Origin: an uncultured Candidatus Saccharibacteria bacterium
GTDB taxonomy: Bacteria > Patescibacteriota > Minisyncoccia > Minisyncoccales > CAZJYT01
NCBI GenBank assembly: GCA_964552375.1
Contig: CAZKFX010000001.1
Location: 3,929-67,928, forward strand
Reading direction: 5' to 3'
Length of the DNA stretch: 64,000 nucleotides
Every line of letters begins with the position of its first letter. Position 1 is the stretch's first letter. The position numbers were made by a program, and so were the translations under genes. The notes under the pieces were generated by a model. It did no database searches and was not told the origin of the DNA. It worked only from the letters and a program-made list of their open reading frames with translations. Shown here piece after piece: positions 36,164 through 45,726 of the stretch.

Positions 36164-36192
36164 TTGACAAGAAGATTATAAAGTGATATAAA
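36164..36192 (+). promoter_or_regulatory. Sigma70-like promoter upstream of ppa (TTGACA-17nt-TATAAA)
   Basis: TTGACA at 36164-36169, TATAAA at 36187-36192, 17-nt spacer, 11 nt before the ppa ATG. Confidence 0.4.
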
Positions 36193-36203
36193 ATCAAAAA
36201 ATC

Positions 36204-36710
36204 ATGAAAAAGAAAGAAAATTTAAAAATTCTTGTCTTTGTAGAAATTCCTAAGGGTTCTTGTCAAAAATACGAATTTGATGAAAATTTGGGAAAAATAA
36301 AGTTAGATAGGACATTATATAGTCCAATGTATTTTCCTTTTGAATATGGATTTATAAAAGACACTAGGGGCGAAGACGGCGATCCTTTAGATTGTGTTTT
36401 AATTACTTCTTTTCCCACTTTTCCTGGATGTTTGGTTGAGGCAAGACCTATTGGGGTTTTGGAAATGGAAGATGAGGCGGGCAAAGACAATAAAATTTTG
36501 GCCCTACCCATAGAAAAAATTGATCCAAGATTGGCTTTTATAAAAGATATTAAAGATTTACCAGAACATTGGAAAAAAGAGATTAAAGAATTTTTTGAAA
36601 ATTATAAAAAGTTAGAACCTGGAAAATGGGTGAAACTTAAAGGATTTAAATCAAAAAAGGAGGCAGAAAAATTAATTTTGAAGGCAAAGGTCAAAAATAA
36701 TAAAAATTAA
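36204..36710 (+). CDS. ppa: Inorganic pyrophosphatase (family I)
   Basis: EDGDPLDCVLI, YGFIKDT, DNKILALP. Confidence 0.85.
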   Translation: MKKKENLKILVFVEIPKGSCQKYEFDENLGKIKLDRTLYSPMYFPFEYGFIKDTRGEDGDPLDCVLITSFPTFPGCLVEARPIGVLEMEDEAGKDNKILALPIEKIDPRLAFIKDIKDLPEHWKKEIKEFFENYKKLEPGKWVKLKGFKSKKEAEKLILKAKVKNNKN

Positions 36711-36747
36711 AAACAAAAGGTCAAAAAAATAATAAAAATTAAAAAAT

Positions 36748-37851
36748 ATGGCAAAAATTACTCTTTCTCTTATTAAAGCAGATATTGGTTCTGTTGGAGG
36801 ACATCTTAAACCAAGTGAAAAATTGTTAGACGCAGTAAAAAAGTATATAAAACAAAAAGGTAAAGATTTTATAATTGATTATTATGTTGGTTTTACTGGC
36901 GATGATGTTGCTATTTTAACAACTCATAGATTAGGAAAAAGAAATCCTAAAGTTCACAAACTTTGCTGGAATGCCTTTTTAGCTGGAACCAAGGTAGCTA
37001 AATCTCAGGGATTATATGGAGCAGGACAAGATTTGTTAGTTTCTGCTTTTTCTGGAAATGTTAAGGGAATGGGGCCCCAAGTAGCTGAAATGGAATTTGA
37101 AGAAAGACCCTCAGAACCATTTTTAATATTCTGCGCTGATAAAACCGAACCCGGAGCCTTTAATTTACCTGTTTATTTAGCTTTTACAGATCCGATGCAT
37201 TGTGCTGGTTTGATTTTATCTCCAAATTTAAAAAAGGGATTTAAATTTGTGATTATGGATGTTAGCTATACTAAAGGAGACAGAATAATTGAATTGGTAA
37301 GCCCAGAAGAAATTTATGATATTGCTTGTTTGTTAAGAGATACGGGGAGATTTGTAATTGAATCTGTTTGGTCAAGAGCAACTGGAGAGCAAGCTGTAAT
37401 AGCAAGCACTACTAGATTGCACAATATTGCTGGAAAATATGTAGGAAAAGACGATCCGGTAATGATTGTAAGAACTCAAAAAGATTTTCCAGCTACTGGT
37501 GAAATTCTTTCTCCATATACAATTGGGCATTTTGTTGCTGGGTTTATGAGAGGATCTCACAATGGACCATTAATGCCAGTAAAGAAGAATTCCCATATTT
37601 CTTTTTTTGATGGTCCTCCAGTGGTTTCTTGTTTGGCTTTTTCTGTAAAAAATGGAAAATTGACAGAACCAGTAGATTGTTTTGACCACCCCTATTGGGA
37701 TTGGGTAAGAGATAGAATTTCTCAAAAAGCTCAAGAAATTAGAAGACAGGGATTTTTTGGCAATGCCATGCTTCCAATGTCAGAATTAGAATATACTGGA
37801 GTAATGGAAAGCTTAAAAAAATTAGAAAAGAAATTCTTCATTAGAAAATAA
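36748..37851 (+). CDS. fbp: Archaeal-type bifunctional fructose-1,6-bisphosphate aldolase/phosphatase (FBPase class V)
   Basis: N-terminal MAKITLSLIKADIGSVGGH matches the class V IKADIGS..GH start; about 367 aa. Confidence 0.75.
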   Translation: MAKITLSLIKADIGSVGGHLKPSEKLLDAVKKYIKQKGKDFIIDYYVGFTGDDVAILTTHRLGKRNPKVHKLCWNAFLAGTKVAKSQGLYGAGQDLLVSAFSGNVKGMGPQVAEMEFEERPSEPFLIFCADKTEPGAFNLPVYLAFTDPMHCAGLILSPNLKKGFKFVIMDVSYTKGDRIIELVSPEEIYDIACLLRDTGRFVIESVWSRATGEQAVIASTTRLHNIAGKYVGKDDPVMIVRTQKDFPATGEILSPYTIGHFVAGFMRGSHNGPLMPVKKNSHISFFDGPPVVSCLAFSVKNGKLTEPVDCFDHPYWDWVRDRISQKAQEIRRQGFFGNAMLPMSELEYTGVMESLKKLEKKFFIRK

Positions 37852-37855
37852 AATC

Positions 37856-38500
37856 ATGCTTTCTCTGAAAGCAAAGATTAGGAAAGAGAGAAAAAAAAGA
37901 GCTTTAAAGAAATTAAGGGAAAAAGGACTAATTCCTGCTATTTTATATGGCTCTAAAATTAAAAATATTTGTTTGACTTTAGACTTAAAAGAATTTGAAA
38001 AAGTATATAAAAAAGCAGGCGAGACAGAGATGATAAAATTGGAGGTTGATGATGGAAAAGAGTATTTGGTTTTAATAAAAGAAGTAGCTCTCCATCCTTT
38101 GACAGACAAACCCCTCCATGTTGATTTTTATCATCCAGAATTAAAAGAAGAAATTGAGGTAGTTTTACCTTTAGTTTTTGAAGGAGAGGCTCCTGCTGTC
38201 AAAGAATTGGGTGGTACTTTAGTGAAAAAACTTTCTGAGATAGAGGTAAGAGGTCTTTTACAAAAACTTCCAAAAGAGATAAAAGTAGACATTAGCTCTC
38301 TCTGCACATTTGATGACCGAATTTTGGTTGGAGATTTAAAATTACCAGAAGGAGTAAAGGTTTTAAGAGATTCAAAAGAAATTTTAGCTTTCGTAGCTCC
38401 TCCAGAAAAAGTAGAAGAGGAGTTGGAAAAACCTCCAAAAGAAGAAATTCAAGAGGTTGAGGTGATAAAGGAAAAGAAAAAAGAAAGTGAAGGCGCCTAA
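37856..38500 (+). CDS. rplY: 50S ribosomal protein L25 / general stress protein Ctc
   Basis: RKKRALKKLREKGLIPAILYG; two-domain Ctc form. Confidence 0.8.
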   Translation: MLSLKAKIRKERKKRALKKLREKGLIPAILYGSKIKNICLTLDLKEFEKVYKKAGETEMIKLEVDDGKEYLVLIKEVALHPLTDKPLHVDFYHPELKEEIEVVLPLVFEGEAPAVKELGGTLVKKLSEIEVRGLLQKLPKEIKVDISSLCTFDDRILVGDLKLPEGVKVLRDSKEILAFVAPPEKVEEELEKPPKEEIQEVEVIKEKKKESEGA

Positions 38501-40004
38501 AAATATGAATTTTTTTAAAAAACTAAAGAGTTTTCTCTCTTTATTTTTTTTGTTTGTTTTTTTGTTTTTAGTCTTAATTTTGCCTTATTTTTTTATCTTT
38601 GCTCAAAATGAAGAACTTTGTGAAAGCAGGACTGAGTGCAAAGAGCTTTTAAAAAAATATGAAGAGAAAATCGCCGAATTAGAAAAAGAAATGCAAAAAG
38701 CAAAAGAAAAGAAAATGACCCTTAAAAATGAACTTTATTTGCTTAACAAAAAACTTAAAAAATTAAAATTAAAAATTGAACAAAATCAGGCTCTTATTAA
38801 AGAATTAAGCCTTGAAATTAAAGATACCGAAGATTCTATTGAAAAGACAATTTTTGAGATTGAAAACTCAAAAGAAAATTTAGCAAAAATTTTAAGAGAA
38901 ATTTACAAAGAAGATCAAAAATCCCCGATAGAGATTTTACTTTCAAGAGGAAGGCTTTCTGATTATTTTACTCATTTAACCGATTTGCAAATTTTAAGTG
39001 CAGAAAATGAAAAGATTTTAAATAACATAAAAGAGGCTAAAAATTTGTTAGAAGAGCAAAAAAGATCTTTAAAAGAAGACAAAATGGCATTGGAAAAAAC
39101 GCTTAAATTTCAGATTTTGCAAAAAAAGCTAAAAGAAGAAGCTCAAGAGGAAAATAATAAACTTTTAAAATTAAGCGAAGCCCAATATCAAAGGCTTAAA
39201 AAAGAAAAAAAGAAAGCAGAAAAGAAAGCAGAGGAAATAAGAAAAAGACTTTTTAGATTAATTGGAGTGAAAAAAATTCCCACCTATCAAGAAGCTTTAA
39301 TGGTGGCTAAAGAAATAGAAGAACTTACTCAAATTAGAGCTCCTTTTTTGTTGGCAATTTTAACCCAAGAATCAAGATTGGGAAAAAATGTTGGCCAATG
39401 TTATTTAAGAGACTTTAAGACGGGGAAAGGAGTAAAAATTGTAAATGGTAAAGAGATTCCTTGGCCAAGGGTAATGAAGCCCAGTTGGATACCTTTATTT
39501 TTAGAAACTACAAAAGATTTAAATTTAGATCCCAAAAATACTCCGGTTTCTTGTTGGATTCCAGCCTGTGCCAATAGGTGGCGGGTTTTTTGGCAAAAAA
39601 AATACGTTGAGGTTTCTCCAGAAGGTGAACCAATTTGTAAATGTAAAAATTGTTATCCTTATGGCTGGGGAGGAGCAATGGGGCCTGCTCAATTAATGCC
39701 TTTCAATTGGATAGGAAGTGATAAATATAAAGAGAGGATAGAATTTATTACTAAAAAGAAAGCTAATCCTTGGGATTTTTTTGATGCAGCCTTAGGAGCT
39801 GCCTTGCACTTGAAAGATTGTTTTGAGTGGGGAGCTAAAAACGAAAAAGAAGCTGCTGCTTGTTATTTTGGAGGACCCAGAAATATGAAAAAATCTTATC
39901 ATTTAAGTGTTTATGCAGAACCTGTAATGGCAATTTCAAAATGCCACCAAGATTTCATTGAGAATGAAAAGATGAGTGAATGGTGTCAGAGAATTATTTT
40001 TTAG
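38487..40004 (+). CDS. Secreted/anchored coiled-coil protein with C-terminal lytic-transglycosylase-like domain
   Basis: N-terminal TM helix; about 230-aa coiled coil; LLAILTQESRLG (E-S catalytic dyad position) and GGAMGPAQLMP resemble the SLT/goose-lysozyme fold. Confidence 0.5.
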   Translation: MKAPKNMNFFKKLKSFLSLFFLFVFLFLVLILPYFFIFAQNEELCESRTECKELLKKYEEKIAELEKEMQKAKEKKMTLKNELYLLNKKLKKLKLKIEQNQALIKELSLEIKDTEDSIEKTIFEIENSKENLAKILREIYKEDQKSPIEILLSRGRLSDYFTHLTDLQILSAENEKILNNIKEAKNLLEEQKRSLKEDKMALEKTLKFQILQKKLKEEAQEENNKLLKLSEAQYQRLKKEKKKAEKKAEEIRKRLFRLIGVKKIPTYQEALMVAKEIEELTQIRAPFLLAILTQESRLGKNVGQCYLRDFKTGKGVKIVNGKEIPWPRVMKPSWIPLFLETTKDLNLDPKNTPVSCWIPACANRWRVFWQKKYVEVSPEGEPICKCKNCYPYGWGGAMGPAQLMPFNWIGSDKYKERIEFITKKKANPWDFFDAALGAALHLKDCFEWGAKNEKEAAACYFGGPRNMKKSYHLSVYAEPVMAISKCHQDFIENEKMSEWCQRIIF

Positions 40005-40489
40005 TCCAAAATTGTCACTGGCAAAATTTTTTTGCCCCATTTTAGCATTTCTTTTTTATCTTTTACCAAAATATCAAAAATTCCATCATATTTGATGTTG
40101 GTTCTGTCTTCGCAAAAATATAATTTCCCCTCAATTATTACCCTAGTTCCAAAAGGATATTTTCTTGGGCAAGCTACAATGTTCTTTTTGGTTTTACAAA
40201 TATTCAAACCAGAAGCAGAAATACAGGGGGTATTATCTGTTTCTTTTTTTGAAGGATAATAGGCGGTAACCACAGCGATTATTGTCTTTGATTTTTTAAT
40301 TTTTGGTTCTTGAAAAGGAAAAGGCAAAAGAGAGTGATTTCTTACCAAAAGAACTCCAGAGATTGAAAAATCTTTTTTTTCTTTAAAATTTTCAGAAGCT
40401 TTTATTAATAAAAAAGAGCTTGAAAGAGAAAATAAGATTAATATGAAAAAAGTAATATTTAAAAAGATTAAAACTTTTATTTTTTTCAT
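40001..40489 (-). CDS. Secreted 3D-domain (MltA/YuiC-like) protein
   Basis: Signal peptide; PFGTRVIIEG ... NIKYDGIFDILV matches the 3D-domain PLGT.V.IEG...D.GGAI.G..IDLF pattern. Confidence 0.55.
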   Translation of the reverse strand: MKKIKVLIFLNITFFILILFSLSSSFLLIKASENFKEKKDFSISGVLLVRNHSLLPFPFQEPKIKKSKTIIAVVTAYYPSKKETDNTPCISASGLNICKTKKNIVACPRKYPFGTRVIIEGKLYFCEDRTNIKYDGIFDILVKDKKEMLKWGKKILPVTILD

Positions 40490-40541
40490 AATAATATTTT
40501 TTATTACATTGATATAATTTTAAAGTCAATAGAACTTAAAA

Positions 40542-41300
40542 ATGTTAGGTTATATCATTTTGGGAATTTTACAAGGAGTATTTGAATGGCTTCCCCTTTC
40601 TAGTGAAGCAATAGTGACTTTGGCAAATGAGTTTTTTTTAAAAAAAGAAATTTCAAACTCAATTGATCTTTCTTTGTTTTTACATTTTGGAACTCTTTTG
40701 GCAGTTTTAATTTATTTTAAAAAAGACTGGAGAGAAATTTTAGAGTTAAAAAATATTAAACTGCTTTATTTTTTAACAATTGCGACAATTACTTCTTTAA
40801 TTTTGGGTTTTCCTTTATATAAATTGGTTAAAAATGTTGCTGTAGGAAATTTTCTCTTGTTAATAACGGGTTTTGGATTATTTTTTACAGGTTTTTTAAG
40901 AAAAAAAGAAAAAAAATTTAAAAATAGGGATTACAATTTTAAATTAGCCTTAATTGCAGGTTTTTTTCAAGGTTTAGCAGTAATTCCAGGAGTTTCCAGG
41001 TCAGGAGTTACTATTTTTGCTCTTTCTTTGGGAGGGTTTTCTTTTCCCGAGATTTTAAAAATTTCTTATATGATGTCTTTGCCGGTTGTTTTTTTGAGCT
41101 CTTTTTATCTTCTTTTAAAAAATCCGATTTTGATTTTTGAGGGTTGGATTTCTTTAATTTTTAGTTTTTTAGTTGGGATTTTTACTTTAGATTTTTTGAT
41201 AAAATTGACAAAAAAAGTAAACTTTTCAAAAATTGCTTTCTTTTTTGGTTTTTTATGTATTCTTTCAGCTTTAATCAATTTTTTTGTGAAATTTTACTAA
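40542..41300 (+). CDS. uppP: Undecaprenyl-diphosphatase (BacA/UppP)
   Basis: GILQGVFEWLPLSSEA and PGVSRSGVTI motifs; 7-8 TM helices. Confidence 0.75.
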   Translation: MLGYIILGILQGVFEWLPLSSEAIVTLANEFFLKKEISNSIDLSLFLHFGTLLAVLIYFKKDWREILELKNIKLLYFLTIATITSLILGFPLYKLVKNVAVGNFLLLITGFGLFFTGFLRKKEKKFKNRDYNFKLALIAGFFQGLAVIPGVSRSGVTIFALSLGGFSFPEILKISYMMSLPVVFLSSFYLLLKNPILIFEGWISLIFSFLVGIFTLDFLIKLTKKVNFSKIAFFFGFLCILSALINFFVKFY

Positions 41301-41301
41301 A

Positions 41302-42288
41302 ATGAAACATTTTTCTTTTTTGGCAAAAATTACCCTAATAATTATTTTCTTTTTTAACTGCTTTTTGGGTTATCAGTTTTATCAAATAAAAACAGAATTT
41401 ACCAGAGAAACAGAGTCAAAAAAGGAAATTTTAAAAGAAAAAGAAAAATTGGAAAATTTAGTAAAAAAATATCAAAAAGAAAATAAACTTTTAAAAGAAA
41501 AAGAGAAAGCTCTAAAAGAAAAAATTGAGGCAATAAAAAATGAAATTGAAGATTTAGAAAAAAAAGTTCAAAAATTGAAGGTTTTAAAAGAAAAAAAGAA
41601 ATTTTATCTGCCAATTTTGGTTTACCATCATATTGAAAAAGTCTCTGATAATACTTCGCCTCTTAAAAGAAAGTTAAGTGTTTCACCTTTAATTTTTGAA
41701 AAACAAATGGAATATTTATTTTTACAAAATTACCATCCTATCACTTTTTGTGATTTAGAAAAATTTATTTTTGAGGGAAAGTCTCTTTCAGAGAGGAGTT
41801 TAATTGTTACTTTTGATGATGGTTGGCTTTCTCAATATAAAAATGCTCTTCCAATTTTAAAAAAATACAAATTTCCTGCTGTATTTTTTATTGTTACAGA
41901 TTATGTTGGAGGCTCTTCTTTTATGAATTGGGAACAATTGGAAAATTTAAAGAAAAATGGAATGGAAATTGGTTCTCATTCAGTTTCTCATCCAGATTTG
42001 ACCTTAATTTCTCCTCCAAAATTGGATTTTCAGATTAAAAATAGCAAGTTAATTTTAGAAAAAAAACTTAATTTGAAAATAAAAGCTTTTGCCTACCCTT
42101 ATGGAAATTACAATTCAAAAGTGATAGCGACATTAAAAAAACATGGATATTTGTTTGGTAGAACCGTTCTTACTTTAAAAGAAAAAAAGATTTTTTGGCA
42201 GAGCTTAGATAATTTATATGCTTTAAAAGCAATTCAAGTGCCAAATTCTTTAAAAGAGTTTAAAAACCTTTTCCCGCCAAAAGAATAA
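41302..42288 (+). CDS. Membrane-anchored polysaccharide deacetylase (NodB homology domain) with coiled-coil linker
   Basis: VTFDDGW, HSVSHPDL, AYPYG NodB motifs. Confidence 0.8.
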   Translation: MKHFSFLAKITLIIIFFFNCFLGYQFYQIKTEFTRETESKKEILKEKEKLENLVKKYQKENKLLKEKEKALKEKIEAIKNEIEDLEKKVQKLKVLKEKKKFYLPILVYHHIEKVSDNTSPLKRKLSVSPLIFEKQMEYLFLQNYHPITFCDLEKFIFEGKSLSERSLIVTFDDGWLSQYKNALPILKKYKFPAVFFIVTDYVGGSSFMNWEQLENLKKNGMEIGSHSVSHPDLTLISPPKLDFQIKNSKLILEKKLNLKIKAFAYPYGNYNSKVIATLKKHGYLFGRTVLTLKEKKIFWQSLDNLYALKAIQVPNSLKEFKNLFPPKE

Positions 42289-42292
42289 ATTT

Positions 42293-43021
42293 TTATAAAT
42301 TAGCTTTTTGAAGAGATTTAATTATTTTATCTAAGTCTCCTTCTAAAACATCTTCTAAATTGTGCCAGCTTTTTTTTATTCTATGGTCAGTAATTCTGTT
42401 TTGGGGGAAATTATAAGTTCTAATTTTTTCAGCCCTTTCTGAAGAACCTATTTGACTTTTTCTCTGTGTTTGAATTTTTTCTAATTCTTCCCTTTTTTGT
42501 TTTTCTAATAATTTAGCCTCCAAAATAGATAGAGCATTTTCTTTGTTTTGAAACAAACTTCTTTCTGTTTGAGAAGTTACTACTATTCCTGTAGGTAAAT
42601 GGGTAATTCTTATAGCGGTCATTCTTTTGTTTACATATTGGCCTCCAGGCCCTGAGGCTTTATAAGTTTCAATTTTTAATTCATTAGGATTAATTTTAAT
42701 TTCTGCTTTTTTTGGTTTTGGTAAAACAACTACCGAAGCAGTAGAAGTATGAATTCTTCCTGATTTTTCTGTAATAGGAATTCTTTGGACTCTATGGACT
42801 CCTCCTTCATATTTTAGCTGTGAAAAAGCATTTTCTCCTTCAACCTCAAAAACAATTTTTTTAATTCCATTCAAATCACTATAGTGACAATCTAAGACTT
42901 TTAGTTTCCAGTTTTTCTTTTGACAAAATTTAGAGTACATTCTAAAAAGATCTCTTGCAAACAGAGAAGCTTCCTCTCCACCGGCCCCCGCTCTTATTTC
43001 TAAAATTACTTTTTCTTTCAT
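42293..43021 (-). CDS. prfA: Peptide chain release factor, RF1-type (PxT motif), lacking N-terminal domain 1
   Basis: GGQ motif [10 protein letters not shown]; codon-recognition PIT tripeptide in [17 protein letters not shown]; starts at the position equivalent to about residue 113 of E. coli RF1; start overlaps the rpmE stop (ATGA). Confidence 0.75.
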   Translation of the reverse strand: MKEKVILEIRAGAGGEEASLFARDLFRMYSKFCQKKNWKLKVLDCHYSDLNGIKKIVFEVEGENAFSQLKYEGGVHRVQRIPITEKSGRIHTSTASVVVLPKPKKAEIKINPNELKIETYKASGPGGQYVNKRMTAIRITHLPTGIVVTSQTERSLFQNKENALSILEAKLLEKQKREELEKIQTQRKSQIGSSERAEKIRTYNFPQNRITDHRIKKSWHNLEDVLEGDLDKIIKSLQKANL

Positions 43022-43239
43022 TTCTCTCTGAGTTTTTTTGATTTGGCTAATTTTTGCTTAAATTTTTCTACTCTTCCCATCGTATCTACAATTTTTTCTT
43101 TTCCAGTATAAAAAGGATGGCAAGCAGAACAAATTTCTACCTTAATAAATTCTTTTGTAGAACCCACAAAAAAAGTATTTCCACACGCACATTCTACCTT
43201 AGCCTTTGGATAATATTTTGGATGAATTCCCTTTTTCAT
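43018..43239 (-). CDS. rpmE: 50S ribosomal protein L31
   Basis: [10 protein letters not shown] ... CACGN ... [10 protein letters not shown]. Confidence 0.9.
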   Translation of the reverse strand: MKKGIHPKYYPKAKVECACGNTFFVGSTKEFIKVEICSACHPFYTGKEKIVDTMGRVEKFKQKLAKSKKLREK

Positions 43240-43303
43240 ATATTTAAATTTATATAGCTTTTTTCTTGAAAAATCAAGTTTTATATGTTAAAAGAAAATA
43301 TTT

Positions 43304-44014
43304 ATGATGACAGAAATGGAAACCTTAGATTTTAAATTGGAAATAAATGAGATGGCCAAAGCAGGTCTTCATTTTGGCCATTCGGTTTCCAAGGTTCATC
43401 CCAAAATGTTGCCTTATTTGGCTGGAGTAAGAAATGCCATTCATATTATTGATTTAGAAAAAACAAAGGAAAAACTTGAAGAGGCTTTAAAATTTATTTA
43501 TCAATTAGTAAAAGAAAATAAAATTATTCTTTTTGTGGGCACTAAAATTCAAGTTAGAGATTTAGTTAAAGAAATAGCTTTAGCTACTGGTTTTCCTTAT
43601 GTAAATCAAAGATGGTTAGGGGGCACTTTTACAAATTTTGATGTTATAAGAAAAAGAGTGGAATATATGAAAGAGTTGGAGTTAAAATTAAAAGATCCAC
43701 AGATAAGATCAAAATATACAAAAAAAGAAATAAATTTGTTAAAAGAAAAATTAGAAAAACTAAAATTAAAATTTGATGGAATAAGAAATTTAGAAAGAAT
43801 TCCCGATGCTATTTTTGTGATAGATATGGTAAGAGATTATTTAGCAATAAAAGAAGCAAGAAAAAAAGGAGTTAAAGTTGTAGCCATTTCAGATAGTAAT
43901 TCAAATCCAACCTTGGCTGATTATTTCATTCCTGCTAATGATGATGCTATTTTTTCGGTAAAATATATTTTAGATAAAGTAAAAGAAGCAATATTGAAAG
44001 CAAAAGGAAAATAA
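43304..44014 (+). CDS. rpsB: 30S ribosomal protein S2
   Basis: AGLHFGHSVSKVHPKMLPYLAGVRNAIHIIDLEKT. Confidence 0.9.
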   Translation: MMTEMETLDFKLEINEMAKAGLHFGHSVSKVHPKMLPYLAGVRNAIHIIDLEKTKEKLEEALKFIYQLVKENKIILFVGTKIQVRDLVKEIALATGFPYVNQRWLGGTFTNFDVIRKRVEYMKELELKLKDPQIRSKYTKKEINLLKEKLEKLKLKFDGIRNLERIPDAIFVIDMVRDYLAIKEARKKGVKVVAISDSNSNPTLADYFIPANDDAIFSVKYILDKVKEAILKAKGK

Positions 44015-44020
44015 AAAATT

Positions 44021-44467
44021 ATGGTATCAATTGAGAAAATTAAAAAATTAAGAAAAGAAACCCAGCTTTCTCTTTTGGAATGTAAAAACGCTTTAATAAA
44101 AGCCAATGGTGATTTAGAAAAAGCAAAAGAAATTTTAAGAAAATGGGGCAAAGAAATAGCTGACAAAAAAAGAGAAAGAGAAACTAGAGAGGGAATAATT
44201 GAAAGCTATGTTCATGCTAACAAAAAAATTGGTGTTTTGTTAGAATTAAATTGTGAAAGTGATTTTGTTGCCAAAAATTCAGAATTCCAAAGGTTAGCCC
44301 ATGAGTTAGCTTTACAAATTGCAGCTGTTGACCCAAATGAAATTCCTTTGTTAGAACAAAACTGGATAAAAGACGAAAAAAAGAAAATAAAAGAACTAAT
44401 TGAAGAATATATTGCTAAATTGGGTGAAAATATTGTTTTGAGAAGGTTTGTAAGATATGAAATTTGA
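44021..44467 (+). CDS. tsf: Elongation factor Ts (short form)
   Basis: [40 protein letters not shown]-like N-terminus; [26 protein letters not shown]. Confidence 0.85.
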   Translation: MVSIEKIKKLRKETQLSLLECKNALIKANGDLEKAKEILRKWGKEIADKKRERETREGIIESYVHANKKIGVLLELNCESDFVAKNSEFQRLAHELALQIAAVDPNEIPLLEQNWIKDEKKKIKELIEEYIAKLGENIVLRRFVRYEI

Positions 44468-44780
44468 GATTTCAGAAATAATTGCTCTTTTTGGATTGAT
44501 TTTTGGTTTTTCAGGAATGGCAATTATAATTTTAAGGAAAATTCCTGTTTTGGTTGAGTTGCCACAAATTCCTTCAAAGAAACCGGTTTTAAAACCAAAG
44601 ATTTCAAAAAAAATTTCTTTTGAGAGGGTTTTAGAAAAAGCATTGAGAAAAATAAGGATTCAGCTTTTAAAGTTAGAAAGAATTCTTTTTTTGAAAATCC
44701 AGCAGATAAAAAGAAATTCAGAAAAAGAAAGAGAAAATATTAAATATTGGGAAAAGATTAAAAGGGAATTGAAAAAATAA
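44457..44780 (+). CDS. Hypothetical single-TM protein
   Basis: One N-terminal TM helix then a K/R-rich tail; overlaps the tsf stop. Confidence 0.3.
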   Translation: MKFEISEIIALFGLIFGFSGMAIIILRKIPVLVELPQIPSKKPVLKPKISKKISFERVLEKALRKIRIQLLKLERILFLKIQQIKRNSEKERENIKYWEKIKRELKK

Positions 44781-44783
44781 AAT

Positions 44784-44856
44784 GCCGTCCTAGCTCAATT
44801 GGCAGAGCAGTGGTTTTGTAAACCACCGGTTCGGGGTTCGAGTCCCCGGGACGGCT
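44784..44856 (+). tRNA. tRNA-Thr (anticodon UGU), no encoded CCA
   Basis: GCCGTCC/GGACGGC acceptor; anticodon loop TTTGTAA; GGTTCGAGTCC T-arm. Confidence 0.85.
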
Positions 44857-44863
44857 CAATTTT

Positions 44864-45706
44864 TTAAGTTTTATTTTTTTGTTTTCTTTTTCTATAAAGA
44901 ACTAAAATCACAAACAAAAGTACAAAAATTAATATTCCCAAAATTATTGCTCCAATTTTCAAAAAAACCATTATTTTTGGTTTTCTTTCTTTTGGCGAAA
45001 GACAATCTAAATCTTCATTTGCAAGACAATCTGGATCACAAATTCCATCTATTGCTCTATCACAATAGTTATCTTTTCCTCCAGAAGGACAATCTTGAGG
45101 GCAATTTTTATAATTTTCTCCTTTTTCACATTTTCCATTAGAGCAAACAGCTACTTTTTGGCAGTCTGGATCTTCTTTCTTAATACAATCTGGATCACAT
45201 ATTCCGTCTTTTACTTTATCACAATATCCATCAGCGCCCCCAGAAGGACAGTCTTTTGGACAGTTTTTATAATTTTCACCCAGGACACATTTTCCGTCTC
45301 CGCAAACTCCTTCTTTTAATTCCAATTGCATTAATTTTGTCACCTCAATTTCTCTGTTGTCAGGCAAAATACAGACAGCACATTTTGGAGAAAGCAAATG
45401 AGCACATTTTTTTCTATCTTTAATGGTTTTCATTTCATAACCCTTTTTTGTACAAAAACTATATTCTTTTCCACACTCTCCCCATAAGAACTTCCAGGCA
45501 ACACAACTTTTTTTATTGGGAAAAACACAAATACCATATTGATTTCCTTTTTCGTCGGTTTTAATTTGATAATCATACCCCAATTTATAACAATAAAGAG
45601 CAGCTGGATTTTTTAGAGCTAAAACTTTAGAGAAAATGAAAATTCCCACAAAAAGGAATAAAAAAATGGAAAAATTTTTTATTTTTTTCATATTCATAAT
45701 ATTCAT
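44864..45706 (-). CDS. Cys-rich tandem-repeat surface protein with C-terminal TM anchor
   Basis: Signal peptide; two about 48-aa repeats CxxGKCxxGENYKNCPxDCPSGGxDxYCDxxxDGICDPDCxxxEDxDC; C-terminal hydrophobic helix + KRKQKNKT. Confidence 0.5.
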   Translation of the reverse strand: MNIMNMKKIKNFSIFLFLFVGIFIFSKVLALKNPAALYCYKLGYDYQIKTDEKGNQYGICVFPNKKSCVAWKFLWGECGKEYSFCTKKGYEMKTIKDRKKCAHLLSPKCAVCILPDNREIEVTKLMQLELKEGVCGDGKCVLGENYKNCPKDCPSGGADGYCDKVKDGICDPDCIKKEDPDCQKVAVCSNGKCEKGENYKNCPQDCPSGGKDNYCDRAIDGICDPDCLANEDLDCLSPKERKPKIMVFLKIGAIILGILIFVLLFVILVLYRKRKQKNKT

Positions 45707-45726
45707 AAAAAATTTAATTTTTTATT

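Noticed and set aside
42293-43021. Possibility that the release factor is prfB with a programmed +1 frameshift supplying the N-terminus
   Set aside because: The codon-recognition tripeptide is PIT (PxT, RF1-type), not SPF. The upstream space is fully occupied by rpmE, whose stop overlaps the RF start codon.
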